Positions 63,474-64,000 of a stretch of DNA of 64,000 bases are shown here, in pieces. The stretch is from Methanobacteriota archaeon (GTDB taxonomy: Archaea; Thermoplasmatota; DTKX01; VGTL01), in the NCBI GenBank assembly GCA_016874675.1, contig VGTL01000007.1, positions 41-64,040 on the forward strand. Reading direction: 5' to 3'. Numbering within the stretch: the first letter of the stretch is position 1; each line of letters begins with the position of its first letter. The notes below the pieces were generated by a model. It was not told the origin of the DNA. It searched no databases and worked only from the letters and a program-made list of their open reading frames with translations. A program made the translations under genes and the position numbers.

Positions 63474-64000
63474 ATGGCGGGGCGCTCTCTCGGGCTTCTG
63501 GACATCCCGGCCGGCCGGTCGGGCCCGGCGCCGCGCTTTGCGCGTTTCCACGTGTGGAAGGCCCTCCGGGCCATCGGGCGCGAGGGCCCCATCGGCCGCC
63601 AGAGGCTCGCGGCCGCCATCGGGCTGGGCGAGGGGAGCGTGCGGACGATAGTCAACTTCCTCGTGGCCCGGGGGCTCGTCCGGGCCGACGAGGCGGGGAT
63701 GAGGCTGACCGCCCGGGGCGAGCGGGAGACCGGGGCGGCCGGCCTGTCGATGGCGACGGTCAACGCCCGGGGGCTCTGCGTCGGGGAGTGCGACGTGGCG
63801 GTGCTCGCGCGCGGGAGGGCGGAGCGCGTCAGGGACGGCCTCCGCCAGAGGGACGAGGCGGTCAAGGCCGGGGCGGCGGGGGCCACGACGCTCGTGTTCC
63901 GCGGGGGGCGCCTGCTCATGCCGCCCGAGACCGACCTCGACGCCGAGTACCCCCATCTCGCCAGGCAGGTCCGGGCCGCCTTCGAGCTGCGGGAGGGCGA
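63474..64000 (+). CDS. wHTH protein of the DUF4443/DUF2111 type (runs off the window)
   Basis: Hand translation MAGRSLG...GPIGRQRLAAAIGLGEGSVRTI...GLRQRDEAVKAGAAGATTL. Confidence 0.8.
   Translation, partial: MAGRSLGLLDIPAGRSGPAPRFARFHVWKALRAIGREGPIGRQRLAAAIGLGEGSVRTIVNFLVARGLVRADEAGMRLTARGERETGAAGLSMATVNARGLCVGECDVAVLARGRAERVRDGLRQRDEAVKAGAAGATTLVFRGGRLLMPPETDLDAEYPHLARQVRAAFELREG

Overview
High-GC archaeal chromosome segment. Archaeal origin is supported by class III pilin signal peptides, PGF-CTERM proteins, a DacZ-type diadenylate cyclase, TATA-type promoters and a tRNA-Leu without encoded CCA; Thermoplasmatota is my inference. Ordinary genes include an ABC-2 exporter with TetR, a RelE-type toxin-antitoxin pair, ftcD, an M50 protease, TraB, DHH, Lrp, an MFS transporter, PHP, rnz and dacZ. 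The dominant feature is a ~23-kb minus-strand run (24659-47468) of six genes that all carry class III (type IV pilin) signal peptides. Three are small pilin-like proteins. Three are giant paralogous pilin-adhesins (1918-2393 aa) that share one scaffold but carry different payload cassettes at the same internal point (vWA plus two jelly-rolls; a vWA with long insertions; an IgGFc-binding-like region). Divergently transcribed from this run is a wHTH-STAND-TPR gene translationally coupled to a Rab-like small GTPase. Also notable are a DUF47-like gene paired with a truncated PPDK, three tandem PGF-CTERM cadherin/Ig surface proteins, and a dispersed heptamer inverted-repeat family that has entered disposable parts of the pilin genes. 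All family calls come from motif recognition by eye; no database search was run.
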